Of a stretch of DNA of 64,000 nucleotides, positions 50,033-64,000 are shown one piece after another (the first letter of the stretch is position 1; the number at the start of each line of letters is the position of its first letter). Below the pieces are notes generated by a model, which saw nothing but the letters and a program-made list of their open reading frames with translations, did not search any database and had not been told where the DNA came from. The position numbers and the translations under genes are program-made. The stretch spans positions 744,001-808,000 of the forward strand of contig CM102289.1 of assembly GCA_046563655.1 (NCBI GenBank), in the 5' to 3' direction. The stretch comes from Yuukianura sp. NJ FZ-2021 (Eukaryota).

Positions 50033-52283
50033 TTAGGAAGATTGTATCGACGGAATATACTTCGAAAGAGGCGATTGTTTAATCCAGCAATAAGTCCTTC
50101 CAGAGGAACGGTGGTATGAATGTTCTGCCGTAGTAATGGCTGAATCGTGGTACTTCATCAATACTTCCAGATAGTCGTCCTTCTGAAACTACAAATTATA
50201 TTTTTATTTACATATGTTCTTCTTTTTCTGAAATGTTAGGACTAAGTTTTGAAAGGGAGTCAAACTCACGTCATCAGAATCCTCCTGATCGAAAACGAGT
50301 TTTTGAAGGCGTCGGAGTTGCCCAGTTTGGCTGGCGTAAATAACGCCCTTCCAGCACTCAATGCTGCCGTTGAAGAACTTCAAATGTGTCAGCACTAGTT
50401 AAAAAAAAAACAACATTTGTTAATACACGCACTTTAAAATGATTCATTCATCCATAAAAAATTAACATTGTGTTTTAAAATTTTATGCATACCCGGAAAA
50501 TTGCAAAAGGAGTCAATTGAATCCGAAGTTTTCCCAGGTTCTAGGAGAGACTTGGTAATCATGCTGTGTGAGATGTATTGAGCTCCATTAGTTAGGTGGT
50601 TCCAGTGTTTAAGTTGAAGGTCACGGTCCCCATCAGGTCCACTAGCATCGGAGTCGACATAAATGTGCAGTTTCTGGACTTTTGGAAACCGGAAAATCCC
50701 TTCTAATGTTGTAGAAGCCACGTACAATTGAGTAACGTTGGGGAGTATTAATGGCCAATGCTGACGTTCCTGCTCCGTTTTCAAATAGATTTTTGCGAAT
50801 TTTACATTTGGAAAAATGCATCCAGCGAAGATGAATTGATCGGTTGTTCCACCATAAATGCAGTCGAGCGTTGTGAGGGCTGGAAATTCCATCGGTTGGC
50901 GCAAGGCGACAGAATGGAATGGGAAATAGAACGCCAAACATGTAATGTTTGCGAGGGAAGGGAGAGGAAGTGTAATTGGACCAAAACGGTGCCTAGGGCC
51001 ATTGCCGTCCATTGGGAAGTCCACACACTCCGCACATTCCACAACAAGTCTGCGCAACGATGTCAGTTTTTGAATCCAATTTGAAATAATTTCCCCTGTT
51101 TGTGGTACGCTTCCAAAACTGGGATCGCAGGGCCTCAAGAATAATTCCAAATCCAGGATTTTGCAATTTGTTGAAATTGCAACCAAGTTTTCAAGTTCAT
51201 ACATATTCAAAGCCGGAAAATGAAGAAGCACGGTCAACTTTTGGATGAGGAGGGGTCCTTTGATTCTGTAGATCTTGTCTATGATGTTTGGAACAAAAGC
51301 TGGGTATGATGTGTCATGATCGTGTATATCTCCACAATTTTGGATTGAAAAGTTCTTAAGATTTGGAGCTTTTTCCAAAAGATCCAAGAGACGGGAATCG
51401 TATTGGTCTTCAGAATCGTAGCACCCGATGTTGAAGTTGATTGTTTTTAAACTTTTTAGTACAGGGATTTCCACATCCACAGCTTTGGACATTTCCTCTT
51501 CCTCTTCCTCAAATAGCACTGTCACAACTGGGTACACGATTTCTTCTACATTTTCGAATTTGTCAAATAGGATTTGGATGTTGTTTAAAAGTAAATTCTC
51601 GTGTGGCGGTTGAGGAGTGACGCCGATCCAACACCAAATTCGCCAGGATTTCACAATGCTTCCAAATTTGACACAAAACTCCTCCAACGGCTGCCCGTAC
51701 GTCAAGAGATTTTTGTTAAATCCAAACTCTTGGAACGGAACGACTGTTTTGTTTCGTTCAAACACAGAAATAAATTTCACAATGTCCGAGTCTTCCAGAA
51801 AGTTCACCCGAAACAACTTTGGGAAGCATGTCGTTGAAAGTTGATTGAATCGGTGGTTCACCAGGCGTAACTCTGGTATTTCTTGTTTTCTCAAACAGCC
51901 GATTATTTGAAGCAGAATCTGAAAGACAAGATTGTTGTTAGTAATCACATAGATTATTTATGTCAAATCGGAGTTCAAGATTCAATTTTACGCTGAGAAG
52001 TCAACAAGAACGTTTCTAATTTTAACTTTTTTTAACTCCAAATCTTGTTCAGGATTTATTTGGAAACTCATTTTGACATGCTGAGGCTTGTCGGAAATTC
52101 TTGTTTCGTTATGAATACGTTATGATGATGAACATTAAAATAACGTTATTCAACGGAATGCAGATTTAAAAAACAGTGGCTTCAAACAAACGTTTAATTA
52201 TTGGCTTCCAGCTCGAAGGTTTAGTTTTGAATTTAATAAATTAGGAATCAAGTTGACCTTACTTCATTTGGAATGGAATCCAT
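50033..52283 (-). CDS. F-box / LRR-like protein (may be the 3' part of an EF-1beta fusion)
   Basis: Exons 52283-52263 (MDSIPNE), 51918-50493, 50394-50270 and 50182-50033 (TAA). The spliced N-terminus MDSIPNEILLQIIGCLRKQEIPELRLVNHRFNQL fits the F-box consensus; it is followed by LxxL-type repeats (LKSLKTINF, APNLKNFSI, FPALTTLD, LPNVTQLYV). Confidence 0.75.
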
Positions 52284-52430
52284 CGTGGCAGTGCAAGACA
52301 AACGACCGGCATCACGAAGTAGTTCAACGAATGAACTCGATGTAGCAGACTGATTCTGTACTTCATTGTGATTACTTAACATTCCTGGAGTAGATGGAAA
52401 ACGAACCCCACTTCTTAAAGCAGAAAAACT

Positions 52431-53565
52431 GATCTCCACAGAACGCACAGCTTCTTCCAGGTCTAATAAACAAAAAATCAATTCAGCCCGCAAAAAAAAT
52501 CATACGGAAAATCTGGTTTTGTTGCTCACTCTTCATATCTGTCTCGTCATTCCACGGTTTGACGACATCTAGGATGACGTTTGACTTGGCAATGGACTCA
52601 GGCTCTTTGCTCTTATTCTCTGCACAGGCTTTGAGACGATCTTCTCGAATCTTGGCCGCCTCGGCATCCTGCGAACCATAAATTACAGTCTCAATTCTCC
52701 AGGCAATCCTTTTATAAAAAATATTACCTCTTCTTTATCCGATGCAAACAAATCAACATCTTCATCCTCATCAGCAGCACCGTTATTGACAACGACAAGA
52801 GCAGCTGAAAAAGTAGCAGCACATGCTCCTGATGCCCCGAAGCTGGCTTTCAATGCTCCGAAGCTCTTGATGTGATTGTACCATCGGAGGACATGAGGAT
52901 GTGAAGAATGCGGAGTGGATTTGATGGCATCAAACGTTTTGGTATCAGCACTGCTCGGAGAATACCTGTTCAGAATCAGCCAGTTGTTAATCTGTTGGAA
53001 ATTCCAACTTGGGGAAAAATTTTACTATCGTGGACCATTTTTGAAAATTCTGAAAATTTTTCTCTGAAGTCCCTATGGACCCCTGATAGTAAAAAGCAAA
53101 AAAAAAATTTCCGGAAATCAAAAAAAAACTAACCTAACCTAACCTAACATCGCGCCTTCGGCGCGGGTAATTGACCAGTGACTCTTTTGTTTTTGACTTT
53201 TTTTGAAAAATTCGTTCAGAATCGTGTTCAGCATCTTCAAATTAGTCTAAAAACCGATTTTCATCGATATCGGGGAAAAAAATATTTTTTGAAATTTTGA
53301 AAAAATAATTTTTTTCGTAAAATTTTTTTGATTTCCGGAAAATTTTTTTTTGTTTTTTACTATCAGGGGTCCATAGGGACTTCAGAGAAAAATTTTCAGA
53401 ATTTTCAAAAATGGTCCACGATAGTAAAATTTTACCCAACTTGGAATTCATGTGCGAAAATTAGCAAATTCTTAATCTAAATTACCCTTCGACGTAGGAG
53501 TGGGACTTGAGATGTTCATTGAGTTTAGCCAATCCAGCAGCTGTTGAGACGTCACCGAACGACAT
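52431..53565 (-). CDS. eEF1B: Elongation factor 1-beta copy, truncated in the GEF domain and open in frame into the F-box gene
   Basis: Exons 53565-53486 ([27 protein letters not shown]), 52965-52728 ([23 protein letters not shown]), 52668-52530 ([20 protein letters not shown]) and 52462 onward ([10 protein letters not shown]). Homology stops before the usual DGLxWG motif. Confidence 0.85.
53000..53448. mobile_element. Foldback/MITE with ~130-bp TIRs in EF-1beta intron 1
   Basis: 53000-53129 and 53321-53448 are near-perfect inverted repeats. The centre carries (CTAAC)4 and a CGCGCC-TTC-GGCGCG hairpin. Confidence 0.85.
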
Positions 53566-53769
53566 GTTGCAGAGGAAAGGAAATTAAATGAGAATAAAAT
53601 TTTCTCTGCAGGCTCAAAATTTTAAAACAATTTCTCAAACTTTGGGACGGATTGGATACGATGGCCGGCTGTTTTAGAATTCCGGCTTGGAATCAGAGAA
53701 TTCCGTGAATTAGACACAGCCGTACAGAAATATACACGGGATACACGGGTGGCGTCAGGCAAAAGGAAA

Positions 53770-54420
53770 ATCTTTGTATCCGCACAGTGTAACCACACTC
53801 GCGGCTAAATTTTGTGGCTACACTTAATACTTTATGTTGGATTAATTAGCTCAAGGTGGCTACAGAAGTTGCCACTTAGGTGTAACTACCTCTTATTTCC
53901 AGCGGAGATAGCAGGGGGTGGCTACACTGTGTGGATACAACTACGTTCATTAATGCTTAGCTTCCCTTCAGAAATATGTCGGTTGATATAAGGAATACCC
54001 ACCGATGTTGCAACCGCAACATGTACCCACCCTGACTATGCTTGTGGCTACAAGGTAAGGCTACCACTTGTGTCGCAACTCATGGGCATGATAGCCCAAA
54101 CTATGCTGAATTAAAATGGCAACATTAGGTTGTCACAATGCGCAGCCAACAGCAGTACACAGAAGTAGCTACGCCAAGTGAGTACAGACATGGTTGTATA
54201 CCTCACTCCAATCTTGCATTCCTGTTTGTTTAAAAATTCTGGGTGAAGTAAGATTTAACCAGCGCTTATCACAAACTGTAGCCAATTCTACATTTTGTGT
54301 GGTTTCAATCGGTGGCTACACCTTGGTGACAACATTTTAGCCAGCCTCGCCTTACAAAGCCAAATCTGAAGTGGCAACATAGTAGGAAAGCCATGTATTC
54401 TGGCTGCGAAGTGACTACAG
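53770..54420. repeat. GTGGCTACA-motif-rich repeat with an internal inverted repeat
   Basis: TTGTATCCGCACAGTGTAACCAC (~53774) pairs with GTGGCTACACTGTGTGGATACAA (~53918). The motif recurs to ~54420. Confidence 0.55.
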
Positions 54421-54523
54421 AGCAACGGACGATGGTCGGTAAACCTTCTACCAACCCAAATTCCGGTAAGAGAGAGCGTGCTCTTCCTCATTGCTGAGTT
54501 GGCGTTCACTTGTTTTCCGTTAG

Positions 54524-55740
54524 CTTGTGAGCTCCGATTTTTCGGAACTTTCCGCAAACTGTCCAAGAAGAGGAGTTTCTGGACTCCTGGACACATACAA
54601 GAACATCCTCCTCCACTTTCTGGAAAGTGAAAAGCTCAAGGACGATTCCGAGTAGCAAGTAAGTATCAACATTTCATTTGAAAGCTTTTCAATATATTTG
54701 AAGTTAAAAATAAAATCGTATCTGGTTGGATTGGAATGTAGGTTTTGCAGGCAGCTTTAGCATGGCTTATCACTCAATTGCTCATCGTCGCATCGTCGTC
54801 ACGTATTCCAAGTGCTGAAGACTATTCGACTCGCTTTAATTCCTTCGAGACTCCTAGAACACTGTGTGCAACAAATCCAAGATAAATCAATCCAAATTGC
54901 TCTAAAAGAGGCTTACAGAAGGACTTTACTTTTACGCAGATGAGGTTCCCTAGTTTGTCTCATTACGCAAACACGCAAAAGGTACGCAACTTTAGATTAA
55001 GTTGCGCAATTTTCAAAATTTCAAGACGTTTTTTGTTTTTCCAGCGCGAATAAGTACATCTACCTAATTGGAGGATCACGCAAGCAGTTGGGACATGGGT
55101 GGAAGCAACTGTCCGAAAGCACACTTTCAGCGTGTGACTGATTTGATACATTTCAGTAAGCATTTTCACCTTGTTACATTCATCTTCAAGCAATTTTTGA
55201 CGAAAAGTAAAAATTTCGTTTTTTTTTAAGAAAAACGTGGACGAGCATTGCACCTATGAACATTGGACGAATTACACCTGGTGTAGCAGTTCTCGGTAAA
55301 TAAGGCTACTTTACGACCAACGATTTAGTGTCAATTAAATCGTTAAAGTGTTGGTTAATTTCTTTGTTTGTGCCAATTTTTCAGAAGGACTAATTTATGT
55401 CGTCGGCGGAGAGCGAGAGTCAAAGATCTTAGCAAATAGAGAAGTAAGGATTCAAATTCAGAAGATTTTAGGTTGAGCGATTAAGTTGTACAATTTTTGT
55501 CACTTTGTTGCAGGTTTACAGTCCGCAAGAGAATACTTGGACACGAATAGAACCGATGATCATTCCCCGGTGTGCTTTTGGCCTCACGACGCGGGAAAAC
55601 GAACTGACGAATGGATCTTTTATCTTTGTTTTTGGCGGTTGGGTGGGAGAAAGAATTGGCGTGTCAATTGAAAAGTACGTTTGGTATAGAAACGAGTGGA
55701 TCATGATTGGAGAAATGGAAGAACCACGGTGCGGAATGGG
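54524..55740 (+). pseudogene. IPP: Fragment of BTB-BACK-kelch gene (IPP/KLHL27-like), disrupted
   Basis: BACK-like ILLHFLESEKLKDDSE*Q (TAG 54653-54655) and VLQAALAW. Kelch repeats APMNIGRITPGVAVL, GLIYVVGGERESKILAN, PMIIPRCAFGL, FGGWVGERIGVSIEKY, EPRCGMG. Has stops and frameshifts, no BTB start visible, and ends mid-exon. Confidence 0.75.
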
Positions 55741-58700
55741 CTGGTGGCTGGTTTACTTACTACGGACTTCTTGGACATCGTCTGGAAGGCCAAAGTGTCT
55801 GCTCGATATGCCCAACTTCAAGTGACCTAGAATGAGGTCGAAGCAGTTCAAGTTTTTAGAGAAATCATGCCGATCCTGGAGGGCATCAAAGATCCAGTTT
55901 GTTTTTACTTTTATTGCCAATGCATCGGCGTATCTCCCGAAATTGGAATGGGTAGAGGAATTGCTACAATTTGGGCTCAAAAGAGTCGAAGACTGCAGTG
56001 GAACGCTTTTTGGAAAAAGGCTTCTGAATACAGTGAAGAAGTTGTACACTTTTCAACAAGCTGTGCCTGGAGGAGGGATTGAGCGCTGGAAAGAATTCAG
56101 CTTGCCAAACACTTCAATGTTTCTCCAGTGCTGCCAATTTCTGCAAAAGGTAAGCAGTTTTCAGATTTCACACTTCAGTTTTTCTGTCTTAGTTTTCAGA
56201 TTTAAGTTTTCAGAATTTGATTTTCTTTCATACATTTTTTTGATGTTTTTGTTTATGTTTTTTAGCTTCTGTTCAATGAGTGTGAAATCATCTGGTTGCG
56301 ACACTGTGACGAATTCCTTCCTGAAATTCAACTGTCTCAATGCGCCCCATTTTATCGAACTCTCTTTTAGCATCGACTGTACTCCAACTCGGCAGTATCT
56401 CTCTTCAATACTATTTTCCCTCATGCATTAGACAAATGTGAGCATAATGCTGCTGGAGATGGTGACGGGGGATCCAAGAACCCTGCTTTGGTTTACCTTT
56501 TGACCAGTCAAATCAGGTATCTGGAGGGGGAGATAGCTTGTCCAAAGGAGGGGATTGACTTTGTGGAAGTTCTGGTCAAGGCAGTGGAAGAAGAGGAGGC
56601 CAAGTTACAGGAGGCAAGTGATTTGAATGAATCAAGACATTTGGAACGTGCTGCCATTTGCACAGAGATACTGGACAAACTAAGAACAATTCTCCAAGCA
56701 TTCAACGAACTTTCGCAACTTTACTCCAACCACAAGATTCGGATTCTCTTTGACAAGTACTTGGACGTAAGTAATCGATTTCTAAACGTTGTTACTATTT
56801 GATTCCCTTGTGACGAATTACTTGTGTAATTACTTGATTACTGATGTAATTACATAAATACTAATGATGAATTAATTTTAGGAACCGAAGTTAGATGTGA
56901 TCAACTTGATGGTTGGTGTGATTTGGGGAAAAGAAGAAGTCGAGTACTTCCTGAAGGATTTTTTGTTTCCGTTTGCGAAGCGCCATGACCTCAACGTCGA
57001 TGAAATCATTGAGCAGCACATTGGAGTAAGTTCAGAACATATTTTATTTATAGTATTTATTTATATATGTTGTATTTACATAATTTATTTATATATGTTG
57101 TATTTATATAATTTATTTATATATTTTCAGTTCCTTGCCAATGAAGTGACTTACTACATGCGAGCAGAGTCAATTCCATTTGAAAATCGTGTTGTCACGC
57201 TAACAGACAACATCGAGTCGACCATCGTGCGCCTGCGCTGTGTGCACGCCTTGTCCCAAGCATGGCCAGTCCCTTGGCGTCCTCCGATGGAAGGAATTGT
57301 GGCCAGAGCTTTGCAGTTGAGCGTGGAAGGGTATCCAGAAGCAGCTATTTTGCAAAAGACGATTCAAATTATCAAAGTTCAAGTGCCTTACAGATGCCTT
57401 CGCTACAAGTACAGCCTCTCTGCCTCAAAATGTGTCCATGGATACCATGTAGTTGTAAGTTTTCAATTATTTTTTATCTTTATCCTGCGAGAGAAGTTTT
57501 TTATGGTCGATGCAAGTTTAGATTTGTGTTGGACTTGGACTCCAACGCTGCTGTAGGAATTGAAACTAAAGCTGGCCTAAGACAGTTCGTCCTTGATTCA
57601 CCCCTCCAATTAGATTAACATTCTTTTTCTTTTCTTGAGTCTGTAAATACTCTGTAAAAACTCATTCTGAGTTTTGTGGCATTATGCTTGTCCATAATCC
57701 ATTTCCAATGTCCTTGATAGATACATTTTGTGGACATTGACTGTGGAGAGAGATGCCAACGTTGCAAAGTCAATGACTCTGCTTGTCTATTCAGTCGGTT
57801 TCTTGCTCTTTCCCAGTCAACTTCCAAGGAATTCTAGAAAGTTGTAAATAGTTTTTCCAAGATTTTTCCAACTTCATCACGAGAATAGAAAAGTGAACAG
57901 GTTAGGTTTTAAGTTAGGCTAATCTAAGTGTTAGGCTAAGGTTTAAGGTTAAATCTAATTGGTTTCTGTTTCTGTGTTTCAGCACACGATCAAACGGATT
58001 TTGAAAGCTGACAAACCGGAAGCCTATAAAGATTGTTTGGAACTTATCAAGCATACTGGAAAATGCGATGCAGAGGGAGTCCGGAAGTTGAAATTGTGGT
58101 ACGAACTTTCTGAAACTGCAAAACCGTTGGACAAAATTGTGGAAACCGATTTTTCAGAAGAGTTGGTTCAACGATTGCTCAACCGAATTTTGGAACAGTT
58201 TCGACAGGTTAGCCAAAATTTTTGGGTTTCTTTATCTTTTCATGTGAATTTATGAAAACTGAGCAAATTCTTGAAACTTTTTGAAATTTTTAGGCTCCAG
58301 ATCTGCTCAACAAAGAAAATGAACCGTGGGAGAGATACACCGAATGTGGAAAACTGCTTGCCAATCGAATACAGGATCACAAGGCGCTTCAGTTTTTCCA
58401 ACTACGCAAGATTCTCAAAAATTTTTGGTCCACTGACATGCTCTACTCCAAGGAATATCCGTTCAGCGTCCTTCGCATTTTGTTGCAAGGTATGACAAGG
58501 TCAAAGGTCAAGTTGATCTTGACACATAACAAAGATTCAAAAAATTAAAAAAAAAAGTTTTGAGATTTTGCCTTTTCAAAAAAGTTTTATGAATGATTTC
58601 ATTTTTTCAGAAAATCGGGATGCGTCTGGACCAGAAATGATCCGCCTGTGTCATCGATTGGCTCAGATCAGCTTTTCTCATGTCAAGGACATTCTACTCA

Positions 58701-59055
58701 CAGCAGCAAGTTTCTTCTGTAACGATGGTCTCCGTGGCTCTGAAATGACCAAGATCTGGGAAATTGTGACCGAAATTGTGCGACTTCCGGGAAATTTTCA
58801 TGCTGAAGGAGACATTGTTCCTGGCGAAGGAGTTGCTCTGGCTAGACACTTGGCCAATTTCATATTCCATTCCAACTTCGTCTGATGCTGAACTGGATAC
58901 ACTGGAAGCATTTTACAACTTAATCTTCTCATCGTTCGAGACTGAAACGGCAATAATCGAGCCAATACTAAACGTCATGTCTATACTTTCAATGTTCAGA
59001 GAACTGCGAGACAGAGAGATTCCACTGGAGACTGCATTTCTCAACTTCTACTTGG
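55741..59055 (+). pseudogene. rod: Rough deal / kinetochore-associated protein 1 (KNTC1) internal fragment, disrupted
   Basis: Spliced peptides IVWKAKV, KKLYTFQ, IIWLRH, FAKRHDLNVDEII, AWPVPWRPPME and IKRILKADKPEAYKDCL follow the order of the recalled KNTC1 mid region. In-frame TAG at 55828-55830, frameshift near 55896, and further lesions. Confidence 0.75.
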
Positions 59056-59128
59056 GTGAGTACTCACTCTTTTTTGTTACTTCTATCATACAAGTTCTAG
59101 TGATTTTTGAGTTCAATTTCTTTTCCAG

Positions 59129-61470
<2,342 letters not shown>

Positions 61471-61551
61471 GTAATCAAAACTTCATTTTCAAAATTTTGA
61501 TTTAAAAAAAAACAAAACAATGTTTTTCAAAAATTTTTTTCAACTTTGTAG

Positions 61552-62265
61552 AAGTTTGGATCCAAGGAAGGAAGGGAGCTACTGGACTACTGCCGGAATT
61601 GACAGCTTTTGGAGAATCGCTGCTCCGATTCGGAGACACTGAATTGTTCGCTCGAATATTTTCAGCGATTCACGTGGAGTATTTGAATCAAGCATCTTAC
61701 GCTCCTCTGAAGATGATGGCTGAGAGGATTCAAGGCGCCGCGGCGGTGAACCAGCTCAAGAACACTTTGCTTGCAAATATCGACCAGTATCAAGTGGAAG
61801 AGACCAATTCGTAAGGAGGAATTCTACGCCGATGCATCGGCTGTTGATTTGAAATTCCAAAATTTGAATTTTTGCTAAACTTGTGATTTTTGTTTGGTTT
61901 GGCATAGACGTGTTGTGAATCTGGTCAAAGCCTTACAAGCTGCTGGACTGCAGTTGAACGCTTACGCTCTGCGACAAAGGAGCAAATTGAGGCTAATTGC
62001 TAAACTAATTGAAATGAACAAGTATCCTCTAGCGTCTCAAACACAAACTGCTCTGGTCTTCAGCTTCCGTGATGGACCGTCATGGTCACTCATCCTCAGA
62101 GAGTATATTGCTCAAGCATCAACTGCCGAACTCAAGACGCTGCTAGAATCGCTGAAGAAAATCAATGAGCTTTGGGTTGTTCCGGAATTCAAAGAGGCTT
62201 GGCTCAAAGTTTCCGAAAAATTTCCAAACTTCAGGCACATTTGTCCCATTCCGCTCGGGAACTGA
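61552..62265 (+). pseudogene. rod: Rod/KNTC1 C-terminal fragment (Rod_C region) ending in TGA
   Basis: Two exons (61552-61810, ~61908-62265). LKTLLESLKKINELWVVPEFKEAWLKV...ICPIP resembles the recalled KNTC1 LWQVPYFSKAWQRV...CP motif. Confidence 0.65.
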
Positions 62266-64000
62266 ACAAAACCGAACATTCTCAGCAAAGCTAAGTTGTA
62301 TCAGCGCAAGATTGATGAAATCAGGTTCAGCAACTTGTCTAAAACAAGACTATTAGCTTCACATAAGCTACTTTAAGATAAGTATAGATTAGGATTAAGA
62401 TTCAAAGGGTTATGCTAGGTTACAACAGCAAAGATTTCTTTTGCTAACCTAACAAAAGGCGTTGAAATTGGAGTTGCAATTTGCAACACGATACATAACA
62501 TAGTTTTACCCAAGGTTACTATAGCAACATCTTCTTTAAAGACCAACCTTGGTTTTACCCGAGAAAGTTGCAGCAAAAGAGATGGCATCGCGGCAAAAAC
62601 TTGAATCGAATGCAAGTCTATCTCCGGGTTTCGTAAAACTATTTTTCCGTTCCTCATTCATAAATAAGCAAGGAAATACGCTAAAGAGTCACCTGGTTAA
62701 TGATTCGTCCGCGATGCCACTCAATTTTAATTATGTCCACGCTACTAGATCAATTTTAGTTATCTTTCTGGTGGTTTTTAGTCACACTCGAGTCTAAAAT
62801 TTTAGTATGTCCCTTGTTAGTCTTCTGGAGACGAATGTTTTCGACATGCTGAAGAAGACTATTAATACGGCTTTGTCTGTCTGTCACATTTTAGGATTGG
62901 TTATTGGTTGCACTTAAACATCCCCGAATTTTTTAAAGTCCAACCCCGCTTTGAAACATGGTTTTGAACTGCTTGAAAAACGCAAACGTTCGAAAATTCT
63001 AAATGGCGCATCATACTGACCCTGGGAGGTGTGGCAGGAACTTATTTCCGCTCTCTTTTCTCGCCGTTTCCTTTTTTTGTATTTAGTCGACATTGGAGGA
63101 TCCGAAAGTAAAAGTTCACAAAGTTGTATTATGTACACCAAATATAAATATTAGCAGTGGAGCCCAAGAGATCCGCTCTCAAGTAGCGAATGCGGCAGTC
63201 AAATTGGGTGAATGTCACTCCTTGGTCACCAGTCATCAACTAAAGCGAAGTCCCATAATTGATCAACCGTGATCGGCTTTTCGTGCTGGTGAAAGCAAAG
63301 ATTAGAAACAATATGGCTACATACAATTCATGCACACAAAATGCGAGGCATGCCGGCACTCAAATTTATGAACAAAGCTGTAGCGCGTGAGCTACATTGA
63401 GAATGAAAAACACAAGTTCTCGTCCACTCTTTTGAAGCTTTTGACGTTGTCATCCCCTTCTGATTTTAAACTAATTCTGAACAAAAACTAAAAAAAGTAG
63501 AATGGCATTACTCATTGTCATTGGCATCTTATTTTCTTAGTAGGTGTAGGAAATACAATTTGTATTTCCGACTGTCAAGGCACCTTGACTTTTCTCGAAG
63601 TGATTTAGGCTCAAGATTACCTTCGAAGATGTCATGGATTCTTTGATTGAATCCGAGTAATTGTTTAATGAGTTTTCTGGTCTTGTTTTAATGGTCTTCT
63701 GTTTTGTTTCTAAGTGCGTATTTATCAATTATGGGGAAAATTAGAGAAGTGTGGAGTAAGTACTTTTGTCGAAAAGAACTACCTGACTCGTATGCGCTTA
63801 TTAGCAATTATGTATTAGTACTTAACTTGGTATATGTCTTTGTTTCTTACAAAATCGTTTGCTTTTGTGCTTGATTCTGGGCTTCTAAGTCGATGACTTA
63901 TTGAATTGTGTTCCTATTCTCATTTTTCATGGTACGTTCTCATTTGTTCATGTGATTGTTTTTTGGTTTTTCCTCTGGAATCCGCAAATTCCGCTTTTTG

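Noticed and set aside
52908..53451. Two ORFs with near-identical peptide ([16 protein letters not shown]) on opposite strands
   Set aside because: An artefact of translating the two arms of the foldback element.
62400..64000. Possible further exons or a Helitron 3' end
   Set aside because: Some splice-like signals and CTAG motifs are present, but I found no recognisable peptide or convincing terminal hairpin, so it cannot be supported.

Overview
AT-rich, intron-containing animal (arthropod) DNA. A springtail-like hexapod is my inference from gene content and intron style, not something the sequence proves. Positions 1-48937 (+) hold a teneurin-m gene whose 5' end lies outside the window, including a ~29-kb intron (88-29110). 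Nested antisense in that intron is a spliced, secreted GH25 muramidase (bacterial/fungal-type lysozyme) with its own TATA+Inr promoter, bracketed by a pair of ~280-bp direct repeats. Downstream (50.0-62.3 kb) is a patchwork of intron-retaining fragments of unrelated housekeeping genes. On the minus strand, a truncated EF-1beta copy reads in frame into an F-box/LRR-like gene, giving a predicted 785-aa chimera with no stop codons. On the plus strand is a decayed mosaic: IPP(kelch) > Rod/KNTC1 > Cullin-1 > Rod C-terminus. Introns carry many MITEs (two with perfect 8-bp TSDs, some nested), tRNA-derived SINE-like elements, minisatellites and TTAGG-like motif clusters. Splice models were read by eye from GT/GC-AG signals and reading-frame phase; homologies come from recalled protein motifs and were not searched.
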